The translations under genes and the position numbers were made by a program. From Daphnia carinata (lineage: Eukaryota), in the NCBI RefSeq assembly GCF_022539665.2, contig NC_081333.1, forward strand, positions 9,424,001-9,488,000: a stretch of DNA of 64,000 nt, read 5' to 3'. The notes below the pieces were generated by a model. The model was not told the DNA's origin, made no database searches, and was given only the letters and a program-made list of their open reading frames with translations. This document shows, piece after piece, positions 25,622 through 38,909 of the stretch (position 1 is the first letter of the stretch; each line of letters begins with the position of its first letter).

Positions 25622-26649
25622 GTGGGGTTAGTGGCTTCAATCACCTTCTTCTTTTTTTTCTTATAGAGCGCATCGCAGTAAGTTACTGAACTTTCTAACG
25701 AAGGGCAGATGTGTTCCGACGATCGGGTTTCATCAATTCCCAGTCGTTTTAACTCGATACGATGTTCTTCTTCAGCAGCTTTCTACCAAAAAAAGGAAAG
25801 GTTATAACAATACCAAAAAAATTGTAAAGCTTTCAAGATCTAACGGGGCTGTTGTTAACCGGCCCATGTGGTCGACTCGATAGGGACCATCATTAAAGCC
25901 AGGTTCTTTTTTTTTTTTATATCTAATTTTTATTTTGTTGTATTGGCAAACAAGACAACCGGCTTTTGAGATCAGACTTGTCCGAGTCAAAAGAGAGAAA
26001 GGAAAGATAAAAGAACTAGTCTCTTTCTGAAGCTATCACAGAAACACGGAGAGAAAGGAACAGCAAGGATTTATATGCTTTGATCACGAGCCTCATAGAT
26101 ATACATACACCACTATATTCTTATATGTGTTACACATCGTATTCTTACTTTTATCATCTCCGCGGGCCAGCCATCCTGATCCCTATTTATTTTTTATTTT
26201 TTTTCTCCAGTCCAATAAAATGTAGCGTGCAAAGAGGGGCCTGGATGAGCCAACAGAGATCTAAAGGTGGCCAACATGTCGTCAAGTTTTTGTCAAATGT
26301 TTTAAGTGTTCCAATGTCGAGGGGTAGGCAGTCCTTCCTTACCATTTAAACGATGATTATATGTTAACTGCATTGCACGCTGCCCTCACTTAAGCGGAAG
26401 CAGCCGACTGGCCACGCGATGTGATGCTGATTTATAACAAAAACGAACACAGCAACAAACCTGGTAATGCATACGTAATACGACACAGTTATATCTAATG
26501 TTCCTATATACTCATCATTTACATGTTACGATGGGTCTATGCGCGCAGACGATACGTCAGAAACTTGGTACGTGACAGCAAAACTTTAGACGTATTCTCT
26601 AACCTCTCAGCTGGAATATTCACGAATCGATGGTTAGCAACGATGATTT

Positions 26650-26655
<6 letters not shown>

Positions 26656-26682
<27 letters not shown>
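26656..26682. repeat. (AC)n microsatellite
   Basis: Directly visible. Confidence 0.9.
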
Positions 26683-28692
26683 AGAAGAAAAATATACGAC
26701 AGGTTTCTCGATGGCTGATGATGATGATGATGCTTCGCCGCGTTGCAATTTCAAGGTTCACCAGCTTACCCGAATGATTAGCCAGACGAGTTATTACCAC
26801 GTTCGAGTTATACCGCGGGGCCGCAGTCACGAATATTTGCCAGCGCCACCACTCTCCACGATCACTCGCTTTTATCCCGCCCCTCTCGCCTTTTTTTATT
26901 TTTTATTTTCCTTTTTTTTTTTCAAAAATCATTTTGTGAAAATTGCATCAGTTAAACTCTTTTTCTTGTACACTTCAAATTGCATATCCTCTCTTTCTAT
27001 ATATACATATACTTACTGCGCGTGTCAAAACGATTGATATCTGACTTCCATGAAAATCTATAGATATACGTACGCCATTTCACGTCATTGACGCAGCACT
27101 CGGCTTTCGTGACTAGGGAACCTTTTATTTTCTGTCGAGACCTTTCCTTGTCTATTCATTCTTATTTGTTTTGTTTTTTTTTCCATCGTCTGACTTTTCG
27201 GGATTTTCGCTTCTTTGGGCTTCGTTCAAAAGGTGCGGGCAGCAGGAGATATTCAATGCCGAAAATGGGGAAGAATGCTGAGTGCTATATAGCCGGGTGC
27301 AAAGGCTACGACCTCTAATACTATCGGCTTATAGTCGATTGAATGCCGCTGCTGGCTTGCGTATACACTATTATTTGTATTTTCACGTTTGAAAAAAAAA
27401 AAAGAAAAAAAAATTGTTCCGTAGATGTATTGCCGACGTAGTGCGGTGTTTGAACTGGCGGGGGGAAGCGTTTCTTCGTGTGTAAATGTTGATGTAAGGA
27501 GGCATGGGAAAAGTCCACAATAACTGCCACATACACACACGCAGCCAACAGTGAGAAAACAAAAATACATGTACATGCAGTGGGGGGAAATTTATAATTG
27601 AAATTCAAAGGCTTGGCAGACCCTTGTTTTTTTTTGTTTCTTTTGTTTTGGTTCGTGTTTGAACGTCTCGAAAGCTTCGAGCTTCTATGCGAACGACTCT
27701 ACACTATATACGGTGGACGTTTTTTTTATTTATTTGCCACTGGGTTCGCACAGAATTCGCATCTCAACTCGTCCCTTGGAGTCAAATAAAGCGTGGTTTT
27801 ATTCAAATGGTATTCCGAGCTTGAGAGAATTTGTCCCCACGGCTTCAATCATAAATCGGTTAAATTGCACGGATCGTTCAATCCTGTCATGGCCCCGTTT
27901 TAGTGCTTCGAAAGAGAAGCGAATGAGAGAAAGGGAAAAAAAAAATGTTGAAAACTAAAAGAACGGCAAGAAGGAGAAAAGAAAAAGAAAAAAGGTAGAA
28001 ATATGAAAATTCTCTCGTGTACGTAAGGCGTAACGGTCTAACGGGACGCCCGGCTGAAAATTACATACTGGCAATGGTTGCTATTATGCTGCCCTCTTCT
28101 TTCCGGGTCATTCGTATGAATACGTAAGTAGAAAAACACGGATCACCTGATGAGAGAGTTACGAAGGCGAGGCATCGATTAGCATAAATTGGACTTTATA
28201 TATTTTTTTGTTGTTGTCGTCTTCCGCGTATCCTTATTTTTCTTCTGTCTTCCTTTTTTTGATCCTAGTTTATTTTAAAATATTTCAACATGATGCAATT
28301 GTCAAACGATCCATCTTCATATCAAATTTTTCAATGATGTAAGTAGGTAATGCCAACTCAATCAAGTTTCTATCCGACATAAAACACATCGTAAACTATT
28401 GTATGACTATACAATGTAACGTGTATAGAAGATGAAGGGAAAATTTTTTTGATTTTCACTCGTTCAGCAGCTCCGCAACAGAGGACACCACCTCTAATAG
28501 CTTATTTGCATAACATTAAACAATTTTTTTGTTGAGGGTTTTGGTCAATTGGATAATATTTCCTTTTTAAGTGTGCGGCTTGAGGACGTCGGTTTGGGAT
28601 GTTATCGCATACAAGACACAATGTCTAAGAGGACAGTAGAAAAAGAACACGGCATTCCTTAGATTCTTATTACGAGATAAAATGCCTCTCTC

Positions 28693-28696
<4 letters not shown>

Positions 28697-28723
<27 letters not shown>

Positions 28724-28724
28724 T
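28697..28724. repeat. (CT)n microsatellite
   Basis: Directly visible; long homopolymers nearby at ~28958-28985 (A) and ~29362-29392 (T). Confidence 0.9.
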
Positions 28725-28953
28725 CTTAATTCAAGGCGATTTGTATACTTTCCAGTTTGTTTTCTTGTTTCTTTCTCATTAAAAAGAAAAGACAAATGAG
28801 AAATAAAAAAATCACTGACTCGAGTCAACTAGCGGAGAGTTAAATCGAAGGCTTCTATTCGCTTCAGTGGTGCGTTTGATGACCGTGATTGCTGTAGGTA
28901 CAAAAGAACGAAAAAGATTTATTCTCTAGCGCATCGAAAAATGTACCAGATGG

Positions 28954-28987
<34 letters not shown>

Positions 28988-29358
28988 AGACGATGTCGTC
29001 TGCCCTCCTGCCAGCGGGGAGGCAACAATTTCCGATTACGAACTGCCACCGCAAAATGTGATTTGGCTTCTGCTGGCCTCTAAAGACAAACTAAAGTTTA
29101 AAAAATGAAATCGGAAAACCACTCTGCTGCAAAACCGCATATCATCACCATCTTTTTCTTCTGTATGGTAACAACATAATGCGTACCTCTACGTGTACAA
29201 CTTATGATGAGAAAATGGTATTTTTTTTTTCTTTTTCGTAAGCTATGTCTTCATATTTATTTACTTTGAGAAAGAAAATTCGTCGGGTTATTGCGCGTAG
29301 TCTCTCCGCTTGAAGTAGGTGGTCATGGTGCGGAGAGCGTCATGACATATAGTCGGAT

Positions 29359-29395
<37 letters not shown>

Positions 29396-32300
29396 GCTGT
29401 ATAGTTTTACTTGGTTTATTAGTTGTGACGCTCGACAGGATTCCTGAATCCGTTGGAAACATGACAGCCCGAGATGATATGACAGTCCGTACGCTGCGCA
29501 CAGTCAGAGAAAAGCATCGAGGCACGACGTCCCTTTTAAGTTATTCAGAAAGTTAAGGAGAATTTGTGTTTTGTTTCTTTCTCATGACTATCATCGTATA
29601 TACTCCCCCAGAAAAGAATTTCCACGTTTTATTTCTTAAAAAAAAACTTTGTGAAAAAAAAAAAAAAATTTTGTAGAATAATTTAGAAACGATCATGATG
29701 ATGGCCGCGTTCCCTGTACGGCAAATCTTCCTGGAAAGGATATATGTAAAGGATGAACTAATAGATTTTTTATTAGTCCCTGTTATTCTATGTATAGATG
29801 TGCATTCAGCCGAACATAGATCAAACAATGTCTGTTTGTATACATTTTTTGAAAAATCTAAACCTTTATGTTTGTTTATTGTAGTTTTTCTTCGCCCCAT
29901 TGGTTTCCTCAGAGATGCAAATACCGCTATATACCTCAAAACACCAAAACAAAACGGGCGTGCCTTTGATAAAGCACACAGCAGTGTCCATACACGTTTG
30001 TCTATACATTTTTGCATATAGAATTTGGTGGGGTATAGCATGTCGGGACACATGTTTTTGTTTTTAGCACAACGGACGCGCTACAGAGCAGGTGAGATGA
30101 AACAAGTCGATATATGGCCATCCACTGTGGAAGAAGAAACCCGTTTCAAAGCCATTTGCATATGCTTGTTCTACTTATAAAGGACAATTATTTTGAAGAA
30201 GAAGAAGAGGAAGAAAAAAAAAATGATGGGAAAAATCTACGCACGCCTAACCTATAATGCGGTACAGCCCTGATGTAGTCATCTATCCGCAATTGCGCAG
30301 GTACGTCTTTGTTGGATAGGCGTAACCTTTTTGCCGAGCTCTGATAACGTTCACTGATAATGTAAATATCGTGACGGACGTCGGGCGCATTGACCCATGC
30401 CGTGTTGGCATGTCTTTCATCGTTTGGTGAACAAGAAAAAAAAAAAAAGAAAAAGATACAGCCCAGACATGAAAAGGGAAAGCGACGATGAAAACAAAGA
30501 CGTCAACACCCATCGCAGCATAAAAATTGTGACCAGTGATGAGCATCAAACACGGCAAAAAATGAAAATAACTGTCGAGTCTCGTATCAAAAATGAAAAA
30601 GAATAGTTTCGTCTCTTTGATGATGCAGCAAAAGTCTTTCGCATTGTGGGAAAATGTTTCGTGGCAGAGAATAGACCTGCCCTACATGTGATCCTAAGAT
30701 TAGACGAACCGTTTTCACACACACAAAAAAAAATGACCAGATTGCGAGACAACCTAAAGACGAAAAAAAAAACGACAAAAAAGGGCAAGAAAACTAGCTC
30801 ATGATGTGTGATGACTGTTGGATTCCTGCTTGGACTCCACTTAAGGTCAAATTCATTTTTTTTTTTGAAGCAATTTATTTTGACTCTTTCGTGTTGAACG
30901 CTCGAGGTCATTGGCGGTTCTTCTCTAATAACGCAGGACACGTTGACACCATTCGAATTCCATACATAAACGTCAAAGAAGTGCCGATATATGGTCACGC
31001 ACCATATGGTTTCCTGCGAAAGACTCTGCTGGGCATATGCTGTTGAAACGTTTATGTCTTTGGACGCCAGCCGTGTTTTTTATCATTCAGATTATACGCG
31101 CTGCTTTATGTGGATTCCACACACAAAAACCCAAAAGAGAAAGAAATTGCATGAAACAGTGGGTCAAATCCCGGTGCGTTAAAGGCAGTTAGCATTGTGC
31201 TGCCGCGCACATAAACAACGTCTAAACTGCATTTGAAAAATAACGAAACTAGAATTTCTTTACGAAAGAAATAACGGCTTTATTGATAACAGGAGAAAGC
31301 CAAACTAACAATGAACACTTAGAGATATTCGAGGAACTAGTTTTTAGTTAAAACAAAACAAGAATGTGCTCGAATTTGGTGTCGATTTCATTCGTGTTAA
31401 AGACCATACAACAGGAAATTCGATGCTTTTGGTCTTCCACTGATTAGCATGTATAATACTATATAGCCTAATTAGCGAATAGTCTGAATTCTATGGCAAC
31501 TGGAATCCTTTGCGGCGGATCAGCATGTAGCCAAATTTTGAAATGTAACCAACTTGAGAAGCCATTCAGTTCTTGCGGTATTTCCACACCAGAGCGTTGG
31601 AGTTATGGGTGAAATGCGACTCGCTCAAACAGCCGCTTTCTCATTAAGATTCAGGAGCTTATGCGTTTCAACTCTCTTGAATAAATTATTCTTTTAAAAA
31701 GGAGTACAATACAGGAAAATCATCTGCACTCCTATTTTGGTTTTCCAGAAAAAGCAAAAAACTGAATTGGATTGCCTGTAAAGGCTTAAAACGATTCAAA
31801 TCTCAATTTTTCATGTACTCTGGAATAGGACAAAGAGGTTAATGTTACTCAGGCGAATACACTCAAATAGGAAAGCATTCTAGGACAAAGTAAAAACAAA
31901 ACAAGCAGAATATATAGTTGACTAACTATTCATGTATTCATCTGCGTTGTGTTCCTGGCGTTGCCTGGTCCTATATAGATCTATTAATATCCAATCGGAT
32001 AACGTAGATGGGAAGGCGCTACGGGAATCTTTGAACGTTTTTCTTTCGAATTTTTAATTTGCCGTTCGTCTGTGAAGTTGAAGCCGGCGGGGGTATACGT
32101 ACAGAATCGTGGCTTTAAAGTTCATAGTCGATTATAAGGCGCACAGTAATTTACGGGGACGTTAGAGTCGGGAAATGAGATCAAGACAGCTACGCACCGC
32201 GAACGACCATTAAAAAATGTAACAAGGGGTGTAACTGGGCCAATGAGAAAACAGCCATAAAAGACATGTTGTTATTATGCGCTCTCGGCTATGCAAAGCG

Positions 32301-35050
32301 TTTCTTGTACCAACTAATCGGCCCAGTGAAAAAACATCCAGTGCATGTCGTTATAACCGGTAGCACTGACATGTCGAAACAATGCTGTAGCGTTAGTAAC
32401 GTAAATTGTATATCAGAATGTTACATAAAAGACACAAGGCAACCAAATCGAGTTGGTATGTGTAGCAATCAACTGTTTCAACAAAAGTCGGAATACTAGG
32501 CATTTTGTATTTATTCAAATTGGACGTGAATTTCAACCTATTGTGCCCGATCTTCCATCATCAGCCAAGAGTAATGTGATTCTGAGCGCAAAAGAATTCA
32601 AATGACGAGAAAATTCTTCGAATCCATTTCGTGTATGATTGTGGAACATGAGGAGGGGAAGTGCTGTTGAGTCAGCATTTATCCTGTTCAAGGAAATGTA
32701 TTCTTCTTATTTTCAAGGGTTCAAACTCAAAGCACCTTCATTCATTTTAACATAATGCATCTATTTCCCACGTTTAGATTCACCGTAACAAGACTTTTAC
32801 ACGTGAGATGAATGCACACGTTCATCATCTCTGAACCCTGTAAAGATTTAGACGAAAGAATGCTACCTACCTGTATCACGGTGCTGTAATATGCATGAGC
32901 GGGAAACCCTCGCTTTACAGCGGTCACATTACACCTGGTATGTTTATGCGATACATATGGAAAAAAAAAGGGACTAAGCAGATGATTATATGGCGGTCAC
33001 GATCGGTTACTGCATGCATCCGAATGGCTGTAACATTTTTTTTTTCCAAACGCAGTTATCATACATTCTTGTGATCAACTGTTGTAAAACGTTTCTGTTA
33101 TTTGGGTGCCATCGTTTGCATGCAAGCACAGATTCGAACGGTGCCGTGGGTGGAGAAGACATCGGTTACCAATGGAATGCATCTATAGACAGGAAACCGT
33201 GCACTATTTTAACTATAAATCGAAATTTTATTTCCGTTTTTAACTGTTCAACGACCGAAAGTTTTCTTGGAACGAATGAAAAAAAGGCTAAAAGAGAAGA
33301 GGTCACAATAAAGGAAACAACCTTAAGCCATACAACGGCTAATGAACACTGTGCAGTGTTTAAGAAAAAGTCTCTTATTATGTACATGTACAAAGATTTT
33401 GTGTGTAATAATTCGGAGATCACAGCAGGATGCAAGGAAACGTGCAACCTGCGAAGATAACCAACGAAACGTTGTGAGGTTATTTAACTCATGTGGATGT
33501 ACGGTATGGTGATCTTTGGCTGTCGTAAATCCTAAAGACAATTGCCGGTAGAACGCCAAACAGCAGCTAGCAAACGACGGAGTTTTATATAAGCTTCCGA
33601 TTATACACACACACACAAGTTCTATGTGTGTGTACATCCATCCGGGCGCTTCATTAGCGCAACGACCACTTTTACATGAACCCCCATACGACTTCCTCTA
33701 ACGCTGGCTTGATTAGACTTTATAAGGTCCACTCCGGAATAATGCCTTCGAATGGGTACGTACGACTAACATGTAAGTAACACAAAAACCGAAAGGAAAC
33801 TGGCGTTGTTTGTAATCAGGAGCTATCATCATGCACAGCGTGAACTCCATTCGTCTCGCCCTCTTAGTCCTGAACTTTATGGTAAAAAAAAAGGCCGGTG
33901 ATTTCGAATAGCCAGCAAGACACTTGACGTCTGTTATCCAGATTTTGACGTTGAATGTACAGTATCTTATTAGCCGCACTAACCATTATGCACGCCAGAT
34001 GGAGAGCCAGGTGAGCAACCGATCGTGACACTATGTTTGCCTCCATTCTGTTTGCGGGGCTTTGCATCCTCTTGAAAATTCACCTGGCATATGAGCGAAA
34101 ACCGCTGCAATTTGGTTCTAGTTGCGTAAACTAGGGGATAACCCCCTTGTAGTGTTAAACAGCCTACGATGTCATCGGCTTTCTTTTTTATTAGAGAAAA
34201 TATTTGGGTCAAGCCAAATGTTGTTAACCCGCAATCAAGTATGTCTTCAACGGCCTCTTTACCCCGATCATAGTAACCAATACTTAGCCTTATTATTCAT
34301 GAAAGACGGGAAGGAGGACGTGAGACGTGTTGTCTCTTGTAGCTTTCCTTCTACTGCACGAACTCATTTGAATTCATGAATCGCCAAAAAGATGGGGTTA
34401 TGCTGGACATTGGAATAATGAGTTGATTGTGAATGTAGGAAGTGAAAAATTCCAAGAGAATGGAAGACCCTTTTACAAAGGCTTTCCCTTTAAAGGCTGA
34501 TTGATCAATCAACAAACATTTGTGTGTCGTTGGTTCAGCAACGTCGTCCTTGGAAACAATATCAAATGAAAACAGCCAAAATCAAAATGTCCGGTACGGT
34601 GTCGTCATCGAAGCTTGCCGAGGTCATCTTATCCGACAGCTCGCAAAGAAATAAACAAAGCTATGAGCACAGGAAGAGGATGTCTAACATCGAAACAAAG
34701 AAGCAGCGTGTACACACGAACAAAGAGATAACTGAAGACTGTCAACAAGATAAAAGGAAAGAACTATGGTCTTCTTCGAACGATGGTGTAAGAAATTATG
34801 GGTGGGTGCAAGTTTTCAACGCTCAAGGTGAATAAATGACGTCATTTGTCAACGGCAGGCTTTCCAACAAACAGAAAATATTGAACTGAAAGAAAATTCA
34901 ATTCAATCCCCGAATAATTGTATACGCACGATCAGTCATGCACGACAAGTATTAAATGTAGGCAAAAAAAAAACAAACGAAAAGCGAATAACTTTTGATG
35001 AAACAGTCATTAAAGAATACAAGAGCAAAATGTTCAAAACTAGAACGTAG

Positions 35051-38000
35051 CTATTTATCAGGATAGATGTCCATGCCAGCATAAGTCTCCCTCAACATCA
35101 TTAGCATAGTATCTTCAGATTCCCTGTTGTTTGACGTGGAAAAAAAAAAAAGAAATCCATTAGAAATGATGAGCTCGGATCGATATTTGAAAATGATTGC
35201 TGTCACACTGTACCAATAGACAACGTGCGAAGTTAAAGCGAAAAGGTATTCGTTAAAGCTCTCCAGGGGAGCTTCTTGCAGAACGTAATCGATCCGACAG
35301 CCACCGTTGAGCTTGCCAATACGGATGACTGGTTCTACCGCGGGAGGCTTTTCCGCGGCTGCGCTTTCATCAGAATTCGAAGTGTCCAAGTCTTCCTGCT
35401 ACACCAATCGATCCATTTTTTTCTTTAATTTTAAAACAATTTTTCAGTGACTTTTTTGGGCTAGCTCCATTTTACCGTGCAATGAGATTCCTCTTCGTAA
35501 CCTGATGGCATTGAAGACCTAAACGTTGTTAAATTCTGTACCGTGCTCCACGTAGAACGAAATGATTCAAAGAATTTTTCTTTAATGTCCGCACTGAACC
35601 TTGCCATAGTTTCACGCAATTCTGTTATTTGGAAAAGATATATGAACTGTCAGCTGTTTAGAAAAGAAACGAAAAACACTGGCCGCGTTATACCGATGTG
35701 CATACGCTTCCGGCCTTTGTGGTGCGGGATGAGGACAGGTGGTACATTTACCATATTCACGTCGATGAGCGTTTCGAAGCGATAGGCGACCGGATCGTAA
35801 GGATGGAAGATGTTGTAAAATTTCGGACAAGTGGGCAGAACAAAATCCTCGCCTAGGCGGTCGATACCGCGTACCGTGACGAACATAGCTGCAAATTAAA
35901 AAAAACAAAAATGTTTTCAAAAATTATTGATACCCATCAATTAGAAAGCCTAATCAATAGAAGACGAGCTTTTATACATAAAAAAAAAAAAAAAAAGAAA
36001 AAAATTAGTTAGACATTCACCAGTAGGAGAACCGAGGGCATAGAAAGCAGCTGGATGAAAGTCAAGTAGTGGATAGGATATGCTAGGTTGTCCAGTACCC
36101 GCCAGACCGATTGTATAACTTACTGTCGAATCGTGCGCAGGGATATTTCCGTCCTCCTGTTTTATGAATTCAGTATCGAAATAAACAAAAAAAAAAAAAT
36201 TCAAATCAACAACAACTGTGACAATGAATTCAGCAACAAAAAAATGCGCTCCGCTAAAGCAATACTGTCGAATGCCAGTCGGAAGCGTCGAAACTAGCGT
36301 AAACATCCACTGCACCTGCTTCAATTTAGCACGTCGTATTTCCAAGTCACGTAAATAGGTCAGTAGACGCTTGCGTGGTCCCATCGGTAAGCCAAGGCTG
36401 GCCAAATCCTCTTCTGAGAGTAGAAGCAAATCGCTGAAAGTGAACTGTTCACGTTGAAATTTCACTAAATGTTCTCCAAGCTGAAGAACTTGGCAGACTT
36501 CTTCAACTGTCGGGTCATTCAAATCAGATACGTAGCTGACCGCTTCCTGCAACCACATCACAATGTACGCATTGGTCATCAATAATAGCTAATTCAATTT
36601 ATACCTCATCGAGTATGTCGTCCACAGGTTCTTGATTGGATGCGAGAGGTTGGTGGGCTAACAAGTCGAAAAGGATCAACGAACCCAAACTGTGCCCGCC
36701 AAGGGAAACTTGGCCTTCGAATGTCGGATTACGTTGCAAGAATATCTTGTAAAGGCGGTTAAGCTCATGAGCCACAGTTGAAATGATAGTCTAGGTCATA
36801 AACATATGGCGGACGAAAGAAAACGTTAGCATTTGATTGGTGGAAGAGCTCCCACAGTACCGTACGACTTACTTCGCAGTAAACGGGTGATGTATAGAAA
36901 AGAACATCTAAGATGGTATCGTTAGCGAAATGACGAAGTTTGGGAATAGAAGGAAGGGTAATCGGGCGAAGACGCTTATCGATTCCGGTATCGTCTCCGT
37001 GAAGAGGGGCATGCCAAGAAACGGGCAGGAATTCCACTCGCCCGATCCGCTGCTCGGCAACGGCCGTTGGGAAGTGGGTGTCGAGCATTTGAAAGGAGAG
37101 AATGCGGAAATCGTCTACCACCTCGACAACATTGCGAAAGCGTAAATCACAGACCTATACATATTTTTTTTGTGGAACACGTCAAACATTTAGAATGTCT
37201 TTTCAAAATTGTGTTGAACGGAAATAGTTGGTACATTACCGATCCTATGCCGTGCACTAGAAATATTAGGTGGTCAATGACCGGCTTCTCCCCGTCGCTT
37301 ATGTCATAGCCTTCAATCCCCCGTTTGACAATCAGCGGCCGGATTTGTCCCTCCTGTTGAACAAGAACAATATTCCCGCAAAAAACATACAAGATAATCA
37401 GTAACTCGATAACGGAGATAGAGGAAACAAAACTCAAACAACAGGAACAAAGCCATTACTGTAACTTGTGTCCAGTCGTCGACCGGCCCATAATTTGAAA
37501 AATCGAGTAAAACATTCGGATTTTGAAACATAATTTTATTTCCTAACGGGAATTCCAGAACACGACGCCACAAACTATAGAGGGATAAAAAGAAATATGA
37601 AATGAGTTAGCAGTTGATTTCGTGATAAACCAATACGTTTTAGTACCTATTCGTTAAACTATTATAATATTCTTCTTCCAACTTTTCTGCCATATCCTCA
37701 TCGTATGGCGTGTAGCGCGTTTCCAAGGAGCCTTTAAAGAACCAAGAACAGCGGCGGACGCTTAACGGTGTCTCTTCCCAATAAATTGCTGTTCGAAGGC
37801 GTCGACCGACGTCAACATCATATCGACCACCATCGGTTTGGATGATGGCGTCTTCGGCTGCAATTTTTCCTTCGTTGACTAAATAGAAAATGGATTGTAG
37901 AATTGAATTGCACGTTCATTTTAAGCAAAGTTGTGTATCAAATTACGCAATTGGAAGGTCTCATCTAGAGCCACTGAATCGAGCATGCTGAAGGGTTTCC

Positions 38001-38181
38001 ATATGCGTTTAGTTTTGTCGATTTCTTTCAGAAAAAACCAATGCCAAACCACAGGCTGATAAGAATGATTTAGCGTGCCATCGACGGCATCTAAAACTTC
38101 TGGTTGTGCAGGAGATGGGCAATCTTCAGCGATGCCGGCAGTTGGTGAGGTTGGCGTTAACTCGATTACATCTAAATCATC
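35051..38181 (-). CDS. SEC23IP: Intracellular phospholipase A1, SEC23IP/DDHD2 type (WWE-like, lipase, SAM and DDHD domains); true start uncertain, probably upstream (~38.2-38.5 kb)
   Basis: Spliced exons encode QPVVWHWFF...[18 protein letters not shown]...[38 protein letters not shown] (lipase motif, ~36685-36700), a SAM domain ([20 protein letters not shown]), [16 protein letters not shown] and RIDYVLQE...SHVVYWESEDT. Confidence 0.92.
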
Positions 38182-38801
38182 TAAATAAAACATGATACGA
38201 TTAACTTGTTCATTAGGTCACCAAATACGATGCAAGTACATCGAAATAAACTGGCAGTCATAAAGCACCGGAAAACAAAAAGAACTAACATTAAAAACGA
38301 AAAGACTAACAAAAATAGCGAAATTCGTAATGTAATATGAAAAGGTAATAGTCGAAAGAAAGGGAGAGGATGGAGCAGTTGCCGGTAGGAATATTTGACA
38401 TACCCCTACAACTAGAGCATTGCACTGGCGTTCACATCCGGTGAACGTGCTGCAAGCCCCGCCGCCCGTGTCGCTCTTATTTTCTTTTGGGCCACCCGTG
38501 GTTCCGTTTTACTCCGCGTTCCATGTTGACTTAACGATAGAGGAAGGGGGCGCTGTGATTGCTTTCTAAATGCGTCCGATTGCGACAGCAAGTTTATGGT
38601 AATTCCTTCACATTTGAGTCACATTGTTTTCCTTCGACGCTGCCACATTGAAAGGCCGGCCAATCAGTCGTCTGTTTGGTTATGTCGTAGTAAATGTCCG
38701 TGAAAGGAACGACGCCCTAGTCCCGACAATAACGTCCTGTAGTGATAAGGCCACGGACTGAGTTAAGAGTCCTACACCTGTTTTTATTCTCTCTCGCACG
38801 C

Positions 38802-38823
38802 GTATATATATTCAATAGCAGTT
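38802..38823 (+). promoter_or_regulatory. Putative TATA element of the 38910 gene
   Basis: TATATATA at ~38803-38810, about 100 bp upstream of the ATG, in the divergent intergenic interval. Confidence 0.4.
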
Positions 38824-38909
38824 TGGGATCGCGGCTCAGAAAACACTTGGACGTGGCAGTTGCATCATACAACGGCGACATTAACGCCCAATCATTTACG
38901 CTAGAAAAA

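Noticed and set aside
19320..34900. Many 60-170 aa ORFs rich in F/K runs (e.g. 21280-21759, 29553-30053, 32990-33460)
   Set aside because: Translations of homopolymer and microsatellite sequence, with no domain or consistent splice structure.
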